Assembly (NCBI GenBank): GCA_010909165.1 | Contig: MU008169.1 | Location: forward strand, 1,860,001-1,924,000 | Reading direction: 5' to 3' | Length of the DNA stretch: 64,000 bases | From: Anthoceros angustus | Taxonomy: Eukaryota; Plantae; Anthocerotophyta | In this document: one piece after another, positions 29,991 through 42,210 of the stretch | Layout: each line of letters starts with the position of its first letter | Position numbering within the stretch: position 1 is the first letter of the stretch | Program-made: the position numbers and the translations under genes | Notes under the pieces: generated by a model | Seen by the model: only the letters and a program-made list of their open reading frames with translations | Database searches by the model: none | What the model was told of the DNA's origin: nothing

Positions 29991-31573
29991 CAAGTTGGGA
30001 ATATGAATGCACAACAAAAATCATTTACAAAACAATTTGAAACATGCGAAGGACAGTCACATACCTTGAGACTTTTGAGGAGAAAACCTTGGCATGATAT
30101 TTAGTTGACATCGGTGCATTGTGAGCATCTAATGACGTTGCATAAGGAAAAGCAGAGATTTTAGTTGGAAAAGATTTAAATGAACGGTGTAACTGATGTG
30201 AATGGACTAAGGAAGATGTGATGAGACAAAGACATGAGTAGAGAAAAAATAATTCGACATAGAGTGACCATTTAGAAATTAGAGGAACGGTGGCCATCTT
30301 TGATAGATAGATAGTTTGTACATAGATAGAATAAATTTTCTCATCCTTTGGGTCGCACGCAAGGCACTAGGAAAACCAGTGCTAAAACTTGGACTTGAAG
30401 TTGCACATCTAAGGGAAATAAAGAAAGAGCAGATTTTACAAAGGACAATAAGGAAAGGTTAGAAGAAAGCACATTGTGCTATACACAATAGCAGTATTAA
30501 TGTGTCCAATGAAGTTTTAGTATTTACAACTAAACAAAACACATGATATAGGTTGCAAACAAATTTAGAAAGCACGAAGTAAGTAACTTCAACATGGAAT
30601 TAAATTATCATAATAAGTAAATAGTTATATTTAATTTTAAATATTTCTAAAATATCTATAAAAACTTTTAATTTTACTTTTAAAATCCATAATTAGTTTT
30701 TTCTAAAAAATTTGAAGAGAGAGAATTTTATGTGATCAAATATAGGTCATATTAATTCTTAATACCAAATCAACTGTCTTGCTTATCTTTTTCTATATCT
30801 TACGTATTTTCTTATTTCTAAAGTATCTGTACCATCTATTGATATTGCACTTGGCGGACTTTCTGGTCTCAGTGTACAAGCATATGTACCTTGGTTTTGA
30901 AATGCGTGATTGTGGGGCTTAGTCCCCTTGGCATGGTGTCCTTCATTGGGTTTTTCCTCCTTTGTTTTTTGAGTGGATGGGTTTTTCGTATCTCTTTTTA
31001 ATAATAAAGTCTCCTTGGTCGAGTCTCACTATTCAGACATACCTTGGTAATGAATTGATTTTGAGATTAATAAATAAATTTTGAGATTAATTCAACGGTT
31101 CATTGATTTGTTCATTAATTCGTAGGTGCTATTCGTGCAACGACTACAGGGTGACGATTCGCCCATTCACACAAAAGGCCATGGGACATACAGGTGTACT
31201 AGTTGGACAAATTGGTAAAAGATCGCCTCAGAACTGCTTGGGGCATTCCGATTCCCACAACATCAGATTACGATAACATGGTACCCGTTACAGTGCATTC
31301 CAGACTGCAAATTCTGTGCACTCCGAGCTACTCACACGTAGACTATCAACAAACGAAAAGAGCCACAACCCTGCCCAAAAGCAAGAGCAATAGCAAGAAA
31401 AGCTATAAGACTCCTGGTCATCAGTCTAAACCCTAGCACCAAATGCACAAGAAAAGCGTTACATCCTCACCAGCCCTAACAGCAAATGCACAATGAAGCC
31501 GAGAGTTACAGTCTAACAAACCCTAGCACCAAATGCACAAGCAGAGCGCCATCGCCATCGCCATCGCCCCGAG

Positions 31574-32088
31574 CTACTGTATGTAGGACTGGCCGGTGAT
31601 GTCCCTCCCCCGGTCCCCGCTAGAAGGCGGCTCGTGCTGCACATGGTGCGCGGGCATGTCCTCCGCCAAGCCCTCGGCGCTCTGGAAGTCGCTGGCCCGG
31701 CCCAGGCCCTGCTCGGCCCCGGGAGCCAGCTCCTGCTCGTCCTTCCTGTAGAGGCCCCGCCGTAGGCATCGCGGGTCACCGGCGTGAGCGCCGGCACAGC
31801 AGGGCCGGCGCTCCGGCCATGGCTGCCGGTGCTGGCGCTGGTCACCGTGCTGCCTTCCTCGGTGGATCCAGTGCGGGACTCCTCGTGGGGCTGATCTTGC
31901 TCCCCTGCCTGCGCCGACGAGTAATCCTTCGAAGTTGCTGTGGACACGTTACAGCGCTCGACTGTGGAGCCTCCCGGCGGCAGGCCTTGTCCCGATGTGA
32001 GCAGCTGCGATATGGAGCTGGTGTCTTCCGAGTCCACTCCTCCCGCAGACATCTTTGCTGTGGCTGATTTCTGCGCGTCTCGCTCCAT
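31574..32088 (-). CDS. Small hydrophilic protein ending ...DITGQSYIQ (conserved plant family); apparent 1-nt frameshift in a homopolymer at ~31755
   Basis: PALTPVTRDAYGG continues as GLYRKDE...ASDFQSAEG...PPSSGDRGRDITGQSYIQ* if one G is added to the G run. Confidence 0.7.
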
Positions 32089-32167
32089 AATCCGCTCTCG
32101 ATCGCAGCTCCACGCTCGCCTCCACCTGGCCGCATCCTCCGGCTAGCAGGAGCGGCCAAGTGTCCTT

Positions 32168-32180
32168 GCCACGTGTCGGT
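32168..32180 (-). promoter_or_regulatory. Overlapping ABRE (GACACGTGGC) and DRE/CRT core (ACCGAC) ~80 bp upstream of ATG 32088
   Basis: The plus strand reads GCCACGTGTCGGT. Confidence 0.6.
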
Positions 32181-32318
32181 ACATGCTGCGCCTGGCTGGC
32201 CTTTCGTCCAAGCCACATTTGTTGCAGCATGTAAAAGGGCATGTAAGTTGCGACCCCTAACCACGGTGGTGTCACTAAGGACCATTAGGTGCCATACGTT
32301 ACATGTATTGGGGATGAA

Positions 32319-35300
32319 TTAATTTACTTCAACTTGATTGAGTTCATAGTCATAGTATTGTTTTGTTTTAGGATCGTAGTAGCAATCTATGGACGTATAT
32401 GGGGAGTCCGGGGCCTCCGAGCTTCCTTTGCTACTTGCCCCACCTATACCTATATAAAAATACAAATATAAGTATTATATAAATATTAAATATATAAAAT
32501 AAATTATTTTTGAGTATAAAAAACTTACTTGTATATATATTCACATTGTTAAGTCTTTCAGATAGAGAAAAATTCGGTTCTTTGATATTAGAGTTATATG
32601 ATTGCCACAAAGTGGACAGAGAAGATTTGCAGGAAGTTGCATCTAGCTCATGCGGAAGTCCTTTTGACTTAATCCTGAAATACATAATATTTATTAGCAT
32701 TTAAAAGTACTAAGTATCTAAAAATATTCAGATATACTATAAAATATTAATATAAATTTATTTTTAATCACAACATCTAGTTTAATATTTGAAAAACTCA
32801 ATTGATTACATACTTATTGGCTTTGATAGTTGTATTAAGTGAATGTTCATGTGACGGGATGTATTCATTTGCGGTATCATGTTCGGTTTCCTCTTGAAGA
32901 TACTGAATATCATCAATTCCTTCGTTCTGCATAAATAAGTTGGTAAATAAAATTTTAATTATTCAAGAACTAAGTTTATGATTAGAAGTAAGTAATTTTA
33001 AGTTTAATTACTCAAGAACTAAGTAAATGATTGGGATTCATTAATTAATTAAAAATTTTAATTACTCATGAACTAACTACATGATTGGAGTAAAGTTTGG
33101 TGGAACCTAATTACCTCTTCGTGGACAATCCATACTTGCTCAGTACTTTCTGAAAGATCCTTGTATGAGGGTTGCAGCTCTTTCTCAATGTTGCATGAAG
33201 GTTGCGCCTCTTTCTCAAATTTGTCTTCATTTGGTAGTTCTAAATGTATTAAAAGGAATGTAAGACTTTAAGAATTATACTTTTAGTTTTCATACTATTT
33301 GGATATATAAAATCTTATAAAATATAGTTTGACATACTTACCATTAATCAATGGGAGCGAGGATGTGTAGGTAGGTTGAATACTATTGGACATTGTTCCA
33401 TCTTTCCTCCCTGAGAAGATATGAGATGAAAAACTAGAAGAAACATCTAAGTCAGACCCTGGAAGATCATCCATTGAGTCCCCTTGTAACATAGTTGAGC
33501 AACTTGAAGACCAGCTTCGTGCCCCCATATCAGTTGAAGCCACAAAACTGGTCTTCATATGACTCACATTTAGCTCTTTGCTATGCAAGTCATAACATTT
33601 AAAGCTATCCAAGTCAAGTTGTGAGCTATTGGCTATGGATGGGGGATCTTGTTCATCTTTGAAAAGAATAGATGCAAGTTCATATTTGTTGGTTTCCTTA
33701 TTATCATAATCTAACCTTGCAATTGATTTGGAAATAGGTATGCTATGGCTACTTGTAGAAGGACCGTAAGTGTCACAAGGAACAGATGCTTCTGATATTC
33801 TCATGTTTGCATGGTGTTCTTCAAATAAAGTCTCAACCATCTTCTCTCTCATGCAAAGGTTGTCCTTCTCATTCACGGGAGTATTGCTGAAGCCTAAAAT
33901 CACTTTGTTGAATATCTCATTATTCTTGTGGATGTCTATATCAGTACTAGGATCACATTGCGAGAGACAGTCTCCTTTAATGCTAGTATAATTGCTCGGG
34001 GTGTAGAGTCGTGAAGAAGACCTTTCCTTGTGTAGTGATCTAGAGCTACTTTGGGTTATAACTTTCTCACTTGAAGTATCTTGTGCAAGCCATCTGTCCC
34101 AACCACAAGGAGGACTCTCGGGAGGCGAGTCCTTATATCTTGAATGCTTATATTCCTTTACTTTGGAAACATCAAGTTGAGTAGTCTTTTTGGTTTGCTT
34201 GGAAGAGTCTCTCTTTATCTCGTCTTTCTTCTTGTTGAACTTTTTCCATTTTGATGTACTTTCCTTATTTTCCACAACCAAAACATGCTCATCAATCAAA
34301 GCGCTTTCTGTCTGGACAATCATTGAGCCAGGCTCATCCTTGCAGCTCATGAGGGAGTGACCATCTGGTTCATTCCCTGTTTCATCTCGACATTCTGATA
34401 TAGGCTGGCTTTGTCGATCATTTTCCTGAATAGAAGGCATAGCTGTTTGATAAGGATCCAACCTTTTAAGCTCAGATGTAAGAAGATTATGAGTGTTAGA
34501 TGCTAATAGTTTTTGCCTCTTTGATCCAGCTAGAGCTTTCAAATCTGCTAGTGATTGTATATGTTTTTGATCAAGTGCAACGACAGGTGCAGCTGCGATT
34601 TTTGGTTTTATAGTCTTTTGACTTTTTGCTTCTCTATGGTTAATCCCCTTGTCACTATGAATCTTACCAAATACAGGCTCTTGACGATTATGTTGAGTAC
34701 CACTGTCATTTGGAAATTCGGTATTTATTTGCACTGTGGATATAGCCAACGGCATTCGGGATCCAAAAGCTATATTAATTGATCTTGGATTTTCCAACTT
34801 GTTCATTTGTCTTCGATTTGCTAGATCAGAGATCCCGTTTATAGCTGAAATTCCTACACATAAGTACCTAAGTGAAATTCATATTTTAACAGAAAAGTTG
34901 AACACCCCATAACAAAAGCTACTTACCCTCAACTGATGCAAGCAACCCTTGAGTGCTTAGAAGCGTGCCTACATCAATCACCTGGTTGCAAGAGTCTACA
35001 CCAACAGTGAAAGCATGTTCCGTAGGCAGATTTTCTTCACCCTCTTTTTCAGCGTTTTCTTCACACTCATGAAGGCGACTCCGCATTGTGAATATCTTCC
35101 TCAGCTTACAAACTGGACCTAGAACAATCGAATCTATTGACCTGTGAGCACACAAAATTGCCTTATCTTCAAGTTTTTTCTAGCAAGCACTTCTTATGAA
35201 TACAACTTCTAGAACATTTGAAATCAACAAATTATGAAATTTGTACCTGAAGCTCATAACCCGAAAGCAATGGTGAAATAGATCAGCAACATCAAACACT

Positions 35301-36443
35301 AAATTCAGCCATTTGTTTCGCTGTATCTGCAAATGAGAAAAAATATATTTATATCCATGGATTTAGGAAGATAGAAAGTTTTTAATAATTCAATAAAAAT
35401 ATAAAATTTCATCCAAATTACTTTATCACAGGAAGTACTAACCATGGAGATAGGTATTTGGCAATGAAGAGGTGTACTCTTGATCTCACTGAATGATGTA
35501 GAAAAATACATCTTCCTTCTAGTATTTGTAGTATCACTCACTCTGAAATACGTTCATAGTAACATAACTTACTTTTTAATGTAAAGTTTTATACACTAGT
35601 TAACAAGACCGATCTCACATTGTACTCAAATTACCTGAGTTCAAAAGAAAAGTGTTGTCCTTGTGGTACAATTAGTTGCAATACCAAAAAAGGTTGCAAT
35701 AATTGTAGTCCTGATATTTACATGTAGTATAAGCCTAAACAAAATTTTGCAATGCAAGGGATTGTACAAGTAGGATGCAATTGACGAAGTTTGAATACGA
35801 GAACATGCTGGTACCAGCTTTTATATCATCTTTTGGAATTTGTAATTTTGAAGATGGTCCTCCTGTACAACTATACGTGTAACCCTTGACGGTTTTTTCG
35901 TACACCTGAGCAAAGGATACAACTCAAAATAGGGCTTAAGATCACACCAATTTATTTCATGCACTTCAGAGATGACCGACAATCTAGTATAGAAAAGTTG
36001 GAAGGCGACTACCTCAAGGTCAGAATAATGTAGAGACATGTGGTCCTTTAATAGAGAACCTATAGTTACCTACAACTCGTATGACATCATTATAAAGGAG
36101 TGCTAAAACGACCAAATTGTCTATGTAAAAGGGATAAATGAATAGAAGTGATTTAATGGCTTACCTTCTGCACACCCTTGCCAGTAACTTTGCAATTTCC
36201 AATAGGATTGCTACCCTGAATTTGAGCAAGCATATAATCCATTTTATGCAAATCATAGCAAAAACAACAAGATATTTTTTTTGTGTGTGTGTGTGTGTGT
36301 AAAATGTAATAGGAGAGTTATTGATGGACTACATTTATCAAGACAACAAAATATTGTAAGGAACTTACTTGTGCGCTGAAAACTGTATATGACGATCCGC
36401 CTTGATATCGAGTTGATGTGATGGATTTGCTCATGGATGCCAT
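32319..36443 (-). CDS. CFAP20DC: CFAP20 domain-containing protein (C3orf67/CFAP20DC orthologue), ~12 exons
   Basis: Exons 36443-36369, 36215-36165, 35905-35815, 35710-35635, 35542-35443, 35326-35247, 35141-34927 and 34853-33342 splice in phase to YQGGSSYTVFSAQGSNP...LQLLQPFLVLQL...RRKMYFSTSFSEIKSTPLHCQIP...WLNLVFDV...CKLRKIFTM; the last exon has DCYYDPKTKQYY. Exons between 33342 and the last exon are approximate. Confidence 0.85.
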
Positions 36444-38531
36444 TTTCATCACATGTTCACTCCAAATACCAACTCGGTCAACGTGAACAAAGAGCTGATA
36501 ACAATTTATACTGTCGCTTGCCGAATAAATTGGTTTGATGTTGAATGTTGCTAAAATTTGCCTTGTTGATTATCCATCAAGTCACACGCCGCACTTATCA
36601 CATACCGTAAGATAGTTATTGAGCTATATCAACAACTTATTGATCTACACGTCTTGTGTCTTCAATGTACTTGAACCTTGATTCCAATATATCCTTACAC
36701 TATGAAAATGCAGCACTCACAAGTTCCACGAATTCAACTCTATGGTCTTGTCCTAATGCATCATGTATTGCAACTCCCTATTTTGTTCTAGTCAAGAACA
36801 TTTTCCTTCCCTCATTTGTTGCATGGTTGCATGCCAAGAAAAATGTTCATGTCATGCTACTTAGTTTTATTTTCTTGAAATTCCCTCCAAGAAATCAATA
36901 TTTTTATTCAAATATTATTATATAAGATACCTTGTACATTATGAGCAACATATTCTTATGTCTTCTCAATTAGATCCTTCTCAGAGTGAAATTCTACTAA
37001 GTGGAATAATGGAATGTCAAACATGACCTTAGGGACAACTAAGCACCACTTTAGTCCATGGTGCAACATAGAATTCAAGCTCCACACAAGTAACCCAAAC
37101 TCTTGAACCAGAGCAACTTAGTATCTTCGCTAGTACTTTACCATATCAAAGCCTAGCCATTCAAGGTCAATTGTTCTTGTTGTTTGCGATCATAAGAAGC
37201 TTTACTTAACAGCTGGGTCTTGGGGCATGAACAAGTACAAATCTATAGTAATTCATGATTCATGAGCTGATTTATATCCACAAACTTTTTCATCAAATAA
37301 AAGTCTTAAACTTTCTTGAACATGAGGAGTCCTCTTTATTTCTAATTATTTTTAGGAATTATATAAATTACATTGGAAGAAGCTCTTTTAAAAGCCCTCA
37401 AGTTTTGTACCACATAGATAATTGATGAACAAGTACTAAGCCTGAAAAGTGCAGAATTGCAAATGCCAAATAAAACACAAGCTCATTTTAGCTCACACCA
37501 CTAATAAGCTATATTATATGTTAGGTAATAAATTTTTAATAATACATGATTGTAGATTATAATATACTACATGACCATAAGAACACTAAGGACGGATGAC
37601 CGTCATGGGACATCCAATACATACACCACCATGTCGGGTGTGCGGATGAGCAGCAAACAAAACAGTGAGCGTGCTATTATAAGTGGTAAGTACATATGTA
37701 CATACATGAGGCGGGGATGATGAACGTGCGGCGCGTGAAAGGCCAGGTCAACTGTCCTCTCCCGAGATGACATCACGCAAATTCGGTCGCCCCTGTGAAA
37801 GAAAGGCCATAGAAAGGGGAATCGGATGCATCCAGCATGTTGGTGCTGCGATACATCCAAGCCAAGCCAGGCTATGGCAGCACAGCACAGCACAGCGCGG
37901 CTTCTGAGCCAGCAGCACATGGAGGAAGGCAAGGTGAAGGTGGAGGCGAGGTTTCACCTTCAGCACCCAACAAGGAAAGAAAAGGGGTGGAGAATCCACT
38001 CTACAATGCAGACGCCGCAAGCGAGGAGGCGAGGTGGGTCGTATTTCGGGAGCGTCGTCGGCGGCGGCCCCCACCAGCAGCGTCACCCGTCTGCTTATAA
38101 TATGGGGAATGGACGCACCACCCTCCAGCTGCGCAATGGCAGCCTGGCCCGGCCTGCTTTGATGCCTTCCCTTCCTTCCCTTCCTTCCCTTCGTACAGCA
38201 AAAGGGGGGAGGAAGTGGAGGCACGAGCCGGGCCCTGCGAATGCTGCCTCGCTTCCTTCCCTTCTCCCCTCCACGCACCCTGCCAAGTATGTAGCGGGAG
38301 GCCCCACCCCGGAGGAATCAACGCGCCTTCCTCTCTTTCTACTTTGACCATGCGTGACAGCCATGCGGCGCCTGCGCACACGCCTCCTTCCAGCTTTTGG
38401 GCTTTCCATCCCCCGTTGCCTGCTCTGTCGATCAGTTCCGGTTGTGGGTTTTTGTGGGCGGTTCGGGAAAATGCGGGGCGGGCGAGGATCTGGTAGCAGG
38501 TAGCAGCGCAGGGTGGTGGAAGCAGGCGGCC

Positions 38532-41500
38532 ATGGGCGCCTTCAAGAATCTCAATCTGGGCGCGCCTGCCCCCAGGCCTGCCGACCACTACGGGAATGGG
38601 GGCCCAGGAGCCTGGGCTCCTGCCCCTGGGATGCACGGCTTTGCTCCCCATCACGCTCCAGCTCCAGCTCCCGCTCCAGCTCCAGCTCCAGCTCCTCGTC
38701 CTTACCCCGCCCACGTTCCAGCTCCAGCTCCAGCTCCAGCCCCAGCCCCAGCCCCTTCGTATGCTCCAGCTCCATCCTACGCTCCAGCCGCTCCTGTTCC
38801 GGTTCCACCTTTTCACGCTCTGGCTCCGGCTGCACCTGCGGCACCTCCTGCTGCTGCTGCTGCCGCTCCTGCCAAGGAGAAATTCAGGCTCAAGAATTTG
38901 TTTAAGAAGAAGGGGAGCAAGGCGGGATCGGAGGGCCCGGGGTACGAGAAGCAGGCTGCGGCGGATGGGTATGGTGGGCAGAGGCAGGCCGAGGCCCAAG
39001 GGGGGTACAGGGGGCCTGGGGATGCGATTGCGCCAGGTGGGTTTGATCCTGGGCCGGAGGATGCTGTTCCGCCGGAGGAACTGATGTGCCCCATCTCGAT
39101 GCTGCTCATGGCGGAGCCGGTGACGGTGTCCTCAGGGGTGGCGTACGAGAAGCGCTGCTTCGAGGCCTGGTTCCAGGCAGGCCAGCGCTACTGCCTCAGG
39201 ACGAACATCCCCATGGAGACCAGCGTTTGCATCCCCAACATCGGGGTGGCCAAGCAGATTGCCCGCTGGTGCCAGGAGCATCAGAGGGGGTTTCCATTGC
39301 CTCCTACCCCGGAGGTCGCGGCTCTGTATGTGCGCAGGGTTTTGCAGCAGCAAGGCGCCCATGTTCCTCCTCCGGGGCCTGGGTTTGGAGGTGGGTCGTT
39401 GCACAAGGGGCATGGGGGGAATGGATATGGGAATGGTGGGAATGGGTATGGGAATGGTGGGAATGGGTATGGGAATGGTGGGAATGGGTATGGGAATGGG
39501 TATGAGCGTGGGGATGGATATGGTGCTGAGTATGCTGGTGCCGGAAATGGGGCAGGGGAGGCAGTGGGAAGTGGGTGTGAGGAGCAGAATGGAGATCTCG
39601 ACGTAGGGGAGGATGCGTATCCGGTGGGTGAGGATCCGTATCCGGTGGGTGAGGCTCCCGATGTGTATATGCCTTCTGCTGGTGTGGGAGTTTCTGACAG
39701 GCACCAGTACCAGCATAGCAGGAGGGGTTCCTCTTCCAGCGACCATGCCAGCACCTCTCGGGCGGGTAAGGAGTATTGGGGGTCAGATTCTAGTGGGGAG
39801 GTGCACAGGCCCTGGGCTGCCAGCTCCAGGCCTGGGAGTAGCGGTGGTGCAAGGCCAGGGAGTAGCGGTGGTGCAAGGCCAGGGAGTAGCGGTGGTGCAA
39901 GGCCAGCGAGTAGCAGTGGTGGAAGGCCGTGGAGTGCAGGAGCAGCAGTTGCTGCTGACGGATTCAGGGTGGTAGTGCCCCCTTCCGTCGGTGAGGGAGT
40001 TCCTACTTTGGCATCCAGATCGACACCAGGTTCAGGACCTCCTTCTGGATCTTTCCCGGACATGGGAGGGAACCAGTATGTTGAGAAGTATGGGGTTGCC
40101 TCTGAGGGGCCCTATTCGGGACCCCCACCACCTGCAGGACTGGTTCCAGCTTCGTTCCAGTACCCTTCCAGCGGGCAGCATGGGGAAGGGTTCAGTGGAG
40201 GGCTGTATTCGGGCGCACCTTCTGAATCTTTGGCCCACTCAGAGAGGGTGGAGGTTGTGCCTGCTTCTGAGGAACCATCGCTACAAGCACCATCTGAAAC
40301 GTTTTCCGACTTGCCAAAGGCAGACAATGCTGTGGATGTTAGTGAGCTTGCTGTTGATGATGATGGCGGAACTGGTTCCCGACCTCATGATTTTCCTGTG
40401 GCCGAGCCTTACCTGCCATCAAGCCCACATTCTGATTCCTCGTCAGGCCTACACTCTGCTTCCTCATCTGGCCCACACTCTTCTTCCTCATCAGGCCCAC
40501 ACTCTGCTTCCTCATCTGGACCGCAGTCAGGGCCTTCTTCTGGATCCTTCCCTGCAGTCTTACCTGTAGTGCAGGCTGTGGAGCAGATTTCTAGTGACGA
40601 GGCAAGGATGACAGCACAGGTAGCATCGAAGCCTCCGCGCAGCAATCTTCTTGTCCACTCCACTTCGTGGACACCTGGTGGCAGCAGTCATGAAGCTGTT
40701 GCTGCTGTTGCTGCTGCTGGTCTTCCTCTGAGTTTGAAAACTGTTCCATCATCTTACTCTGGTGAAAGGCGCCCTCCTCAGGGAATTCCGGAAGAGACAC
40801 GGCCAAGTTCGCAAGCGGCACCGCATTTTGAACCATCTGTGAGGTCTGAAGCAGGCACAAATCTTGAATATCTGGTGGACAAGCTGTATTCTAAGTACCC
40901 CAAGGAGCAAGATGAAGCTGCAGCTGAAATTAGGAAGCTCACACGAGACAGCACAGAGAACAGATTAGCCCTGTGCCACGGAGACCTGGCTGAGAAGGTT
41001 CTTGGTGGATTGATGGAACTTCTGCAATCTCGTCATCAAGCGGTGCAGGTCAACTCAGTAGCTGCAGTCATGAATCTGTCTTTAGAAAGGGAGAACAAGC
41101 TGAAGATTGCTAGGGCTGGTGTAATACCTCACCTGATTGAGGTTCTGAGGGGCAGTGGGGAGGCCCAGGAAATAGCTGCTGGGGCCATTTTCAGCCTGGC
41201 CTTGAACGAGGAAAATAGGATGCCTATCGGTGTGCTTGGAGCCATTCCTCACCTAATGCAACTCTTACGAGTTGGTCGGGGTGGTGCACGAAGAGATGCT
41301 GCAATGGCACTCTACCACCTCTCTTTTGTCCAGATGAATCGCAGCAAGCTTGTCAGGGCTGGCGGGGTCAACATTCTCATGGGCCTCGCTCAGGAGCAGC
41401 AAAGTGATCTAGTCAGCAGGGCACTGCTGATCCTGAGCCACCTTGCTCTCATTCCAGAGGGCAGAGCTGCCTTGTCAGAGATGAGCAACGTTTCGATTCT

Positions 41501-41840
41501 TGTGGAACTACTGAAGGCCCCCATCAATGCGGAAGCTGGAGAAGATGTCCGACCACAGAACTGGGCTGAAGTCAGAGAGCATGCGGCGGCAGCCTTATTC
41601 CAACTTTCCAATAACAATCTGAGATTCAGGTCCCAGGTGGCACAGACAGACGCAGAGGAGCGTTTAATTGTTCTTGCTAGCACTGGTACGACTCGAGCCA
41701 GGACGAAAGCGTCAGCTCTTCTCAACATCCTAAAAGAGACTCCTACCAATGAAGGACAGGAACCTGCCTACCCATTTCGCGGCAGACAAACCAGGCCGGA
41801 CTTGGACCAAGATCAGGCACCGTCTTCGGCTTTGTTTTGA
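38532..41840 (+). CDS. U-box/ARM-repeat E3 ubiquitin ligase (PUB38-41-like) with long low-complexity regions; intronless
   Basis: U-box PPEELMCPISMLLMAEPVTVSSGVAYEK...IPN; ARM repeats VMNLSLERENKLKIARAG, AAGAIFSLAL.EENR.PIGVLGA, ARRDAAMALYHLS. Confidence 0.92.
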   Translation: MGAFKNLNLGAPAPRPADHYGNGGPGAWAPAPGMHGFAPHHAPAPAPAPAPAPAPRPYPAHVPAPAPAPAPAPAPSYAPAPSYAPAAPVPVPPFHALAPAAPAAPPAAAAAAPAKEKFRLKNLFKKKGSKAGSEGPGYEKQAAADGYGGQRQAEAQGGYRGPGDAIAPGGFDPGPEDAVPPEELMCPISMLLMAEPVTVSSGVAYEKRCFEAWFQAGQRYCLRTNIPMETSVCIPNIGVAKQIARWCQEHQRGFPLPPTPEVAALYVRRVLQQQGAHVPPPGPGFGGGSLHKGHGGNGYGNGGNGYGNGGNGYGNGGNGYGNGYERGDGYGAEYAGAGNGAGEAVGSGCEEQNGDLDVGEDAYPVGEDPYPVGEAPDVYMPSAGVGVSDRHQYQHSRRGSSSSDHASTSRAGKEYWGSDSSGEVHRPWAASSRPGSSGGARPGSSGGARPGSSGGARPASSSGGRPWSAGAAVAADGFRVVVPPSVGEGVPTLASRSTPGSGPPSGSFPDMGGNQYVEKYGVASEGPYSGPPPPAGLVPASFQYPSSGQHGEGFSGGLYSGAPSESLAHSERVEVVPASEEPSLQAPSETFSDLPKADNAVDVSELAVDDDGGTGSRPHDFPVAEPYLPSSPHSDSSSGLHSASSSGPHSSSSSGPHSASSSGPQSGPSSGSFPAVLPVVQAVEQISSDEARMTAQVASKPPRSNLLVHSTSWTPGGSSHEAVAAVAAAGLPLSLKTVPSSYSGERRPPQGIPEETRPSSQAAPHFEPSVRSEAGTNLEYLVDKLYSKYPKEQDEAAAEIRKLTRDSTENRLALCHGDLAEKVLGGLMELLQSRHQAVQVNSVAAVMNLSLERENKLKIARAGVIPHLIEVLRGSGEAQEIAAGAIFSLALNEENRMPIGVLGAIPHLMQLLRVGRGGARRDAAMALYHLSFVQMNRSKLVRAGGVNILMGLAQEQQSDLVSRALLILSHLALIPEGRAALSEMSNVSILVELLKAPINAEAGEDVRPQNWAEVREHAAAALFQLSNNNLRFRSQVAQTDAEERLIVLASTGTTRARTKASALLNILKETPTNEGQEPAYPFRGRQTRPDLDQDQAPSSALF

Positions 41841-42210
41841 TGTCTACTATCTGTTTTTGTGTACAGGTCCAGCTCCTGACCGGAGGTCTGTAAAACTTCT
41901 TCTCGTCTGAAGTCATTGCAGTGAACAGGCTGGCAAACCTCTCCAGATCTCTTTTCTTTCTTAGCCATCAGAGAAACCTATACGATTTTCTGGTTTTCAC
42001 TCGTTTGGTTTTGCTGTATATCAAAGTGAGCCGTATATGGTCCTTAGACATGAGCATTCTCTCCCCTATTCAGTGTCTGTGTTGCTGACATTTGAACAAG
42101 TATTGAACAATACGCATAAGTTTTCAGTGCCCCTTGCATCTGAACTAATATAGTAACTGTACCATTTGAGCCCTCTTGGAGGGCTATCACATTACCTTGA
42201 GGCAACTATG

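Noticed and set aside
30880-31020. T-rich segment ending AATAAAGTCTCC, similar to 62830-62945
   Set aside because: Probably short retroelement 3' ends, but too little sequence to classify
37826-38347. 173-aa ORF upstream of the PUB gene
   Set aside because: Low-complexity GC-rich promoter/5' region with no recognisable motif
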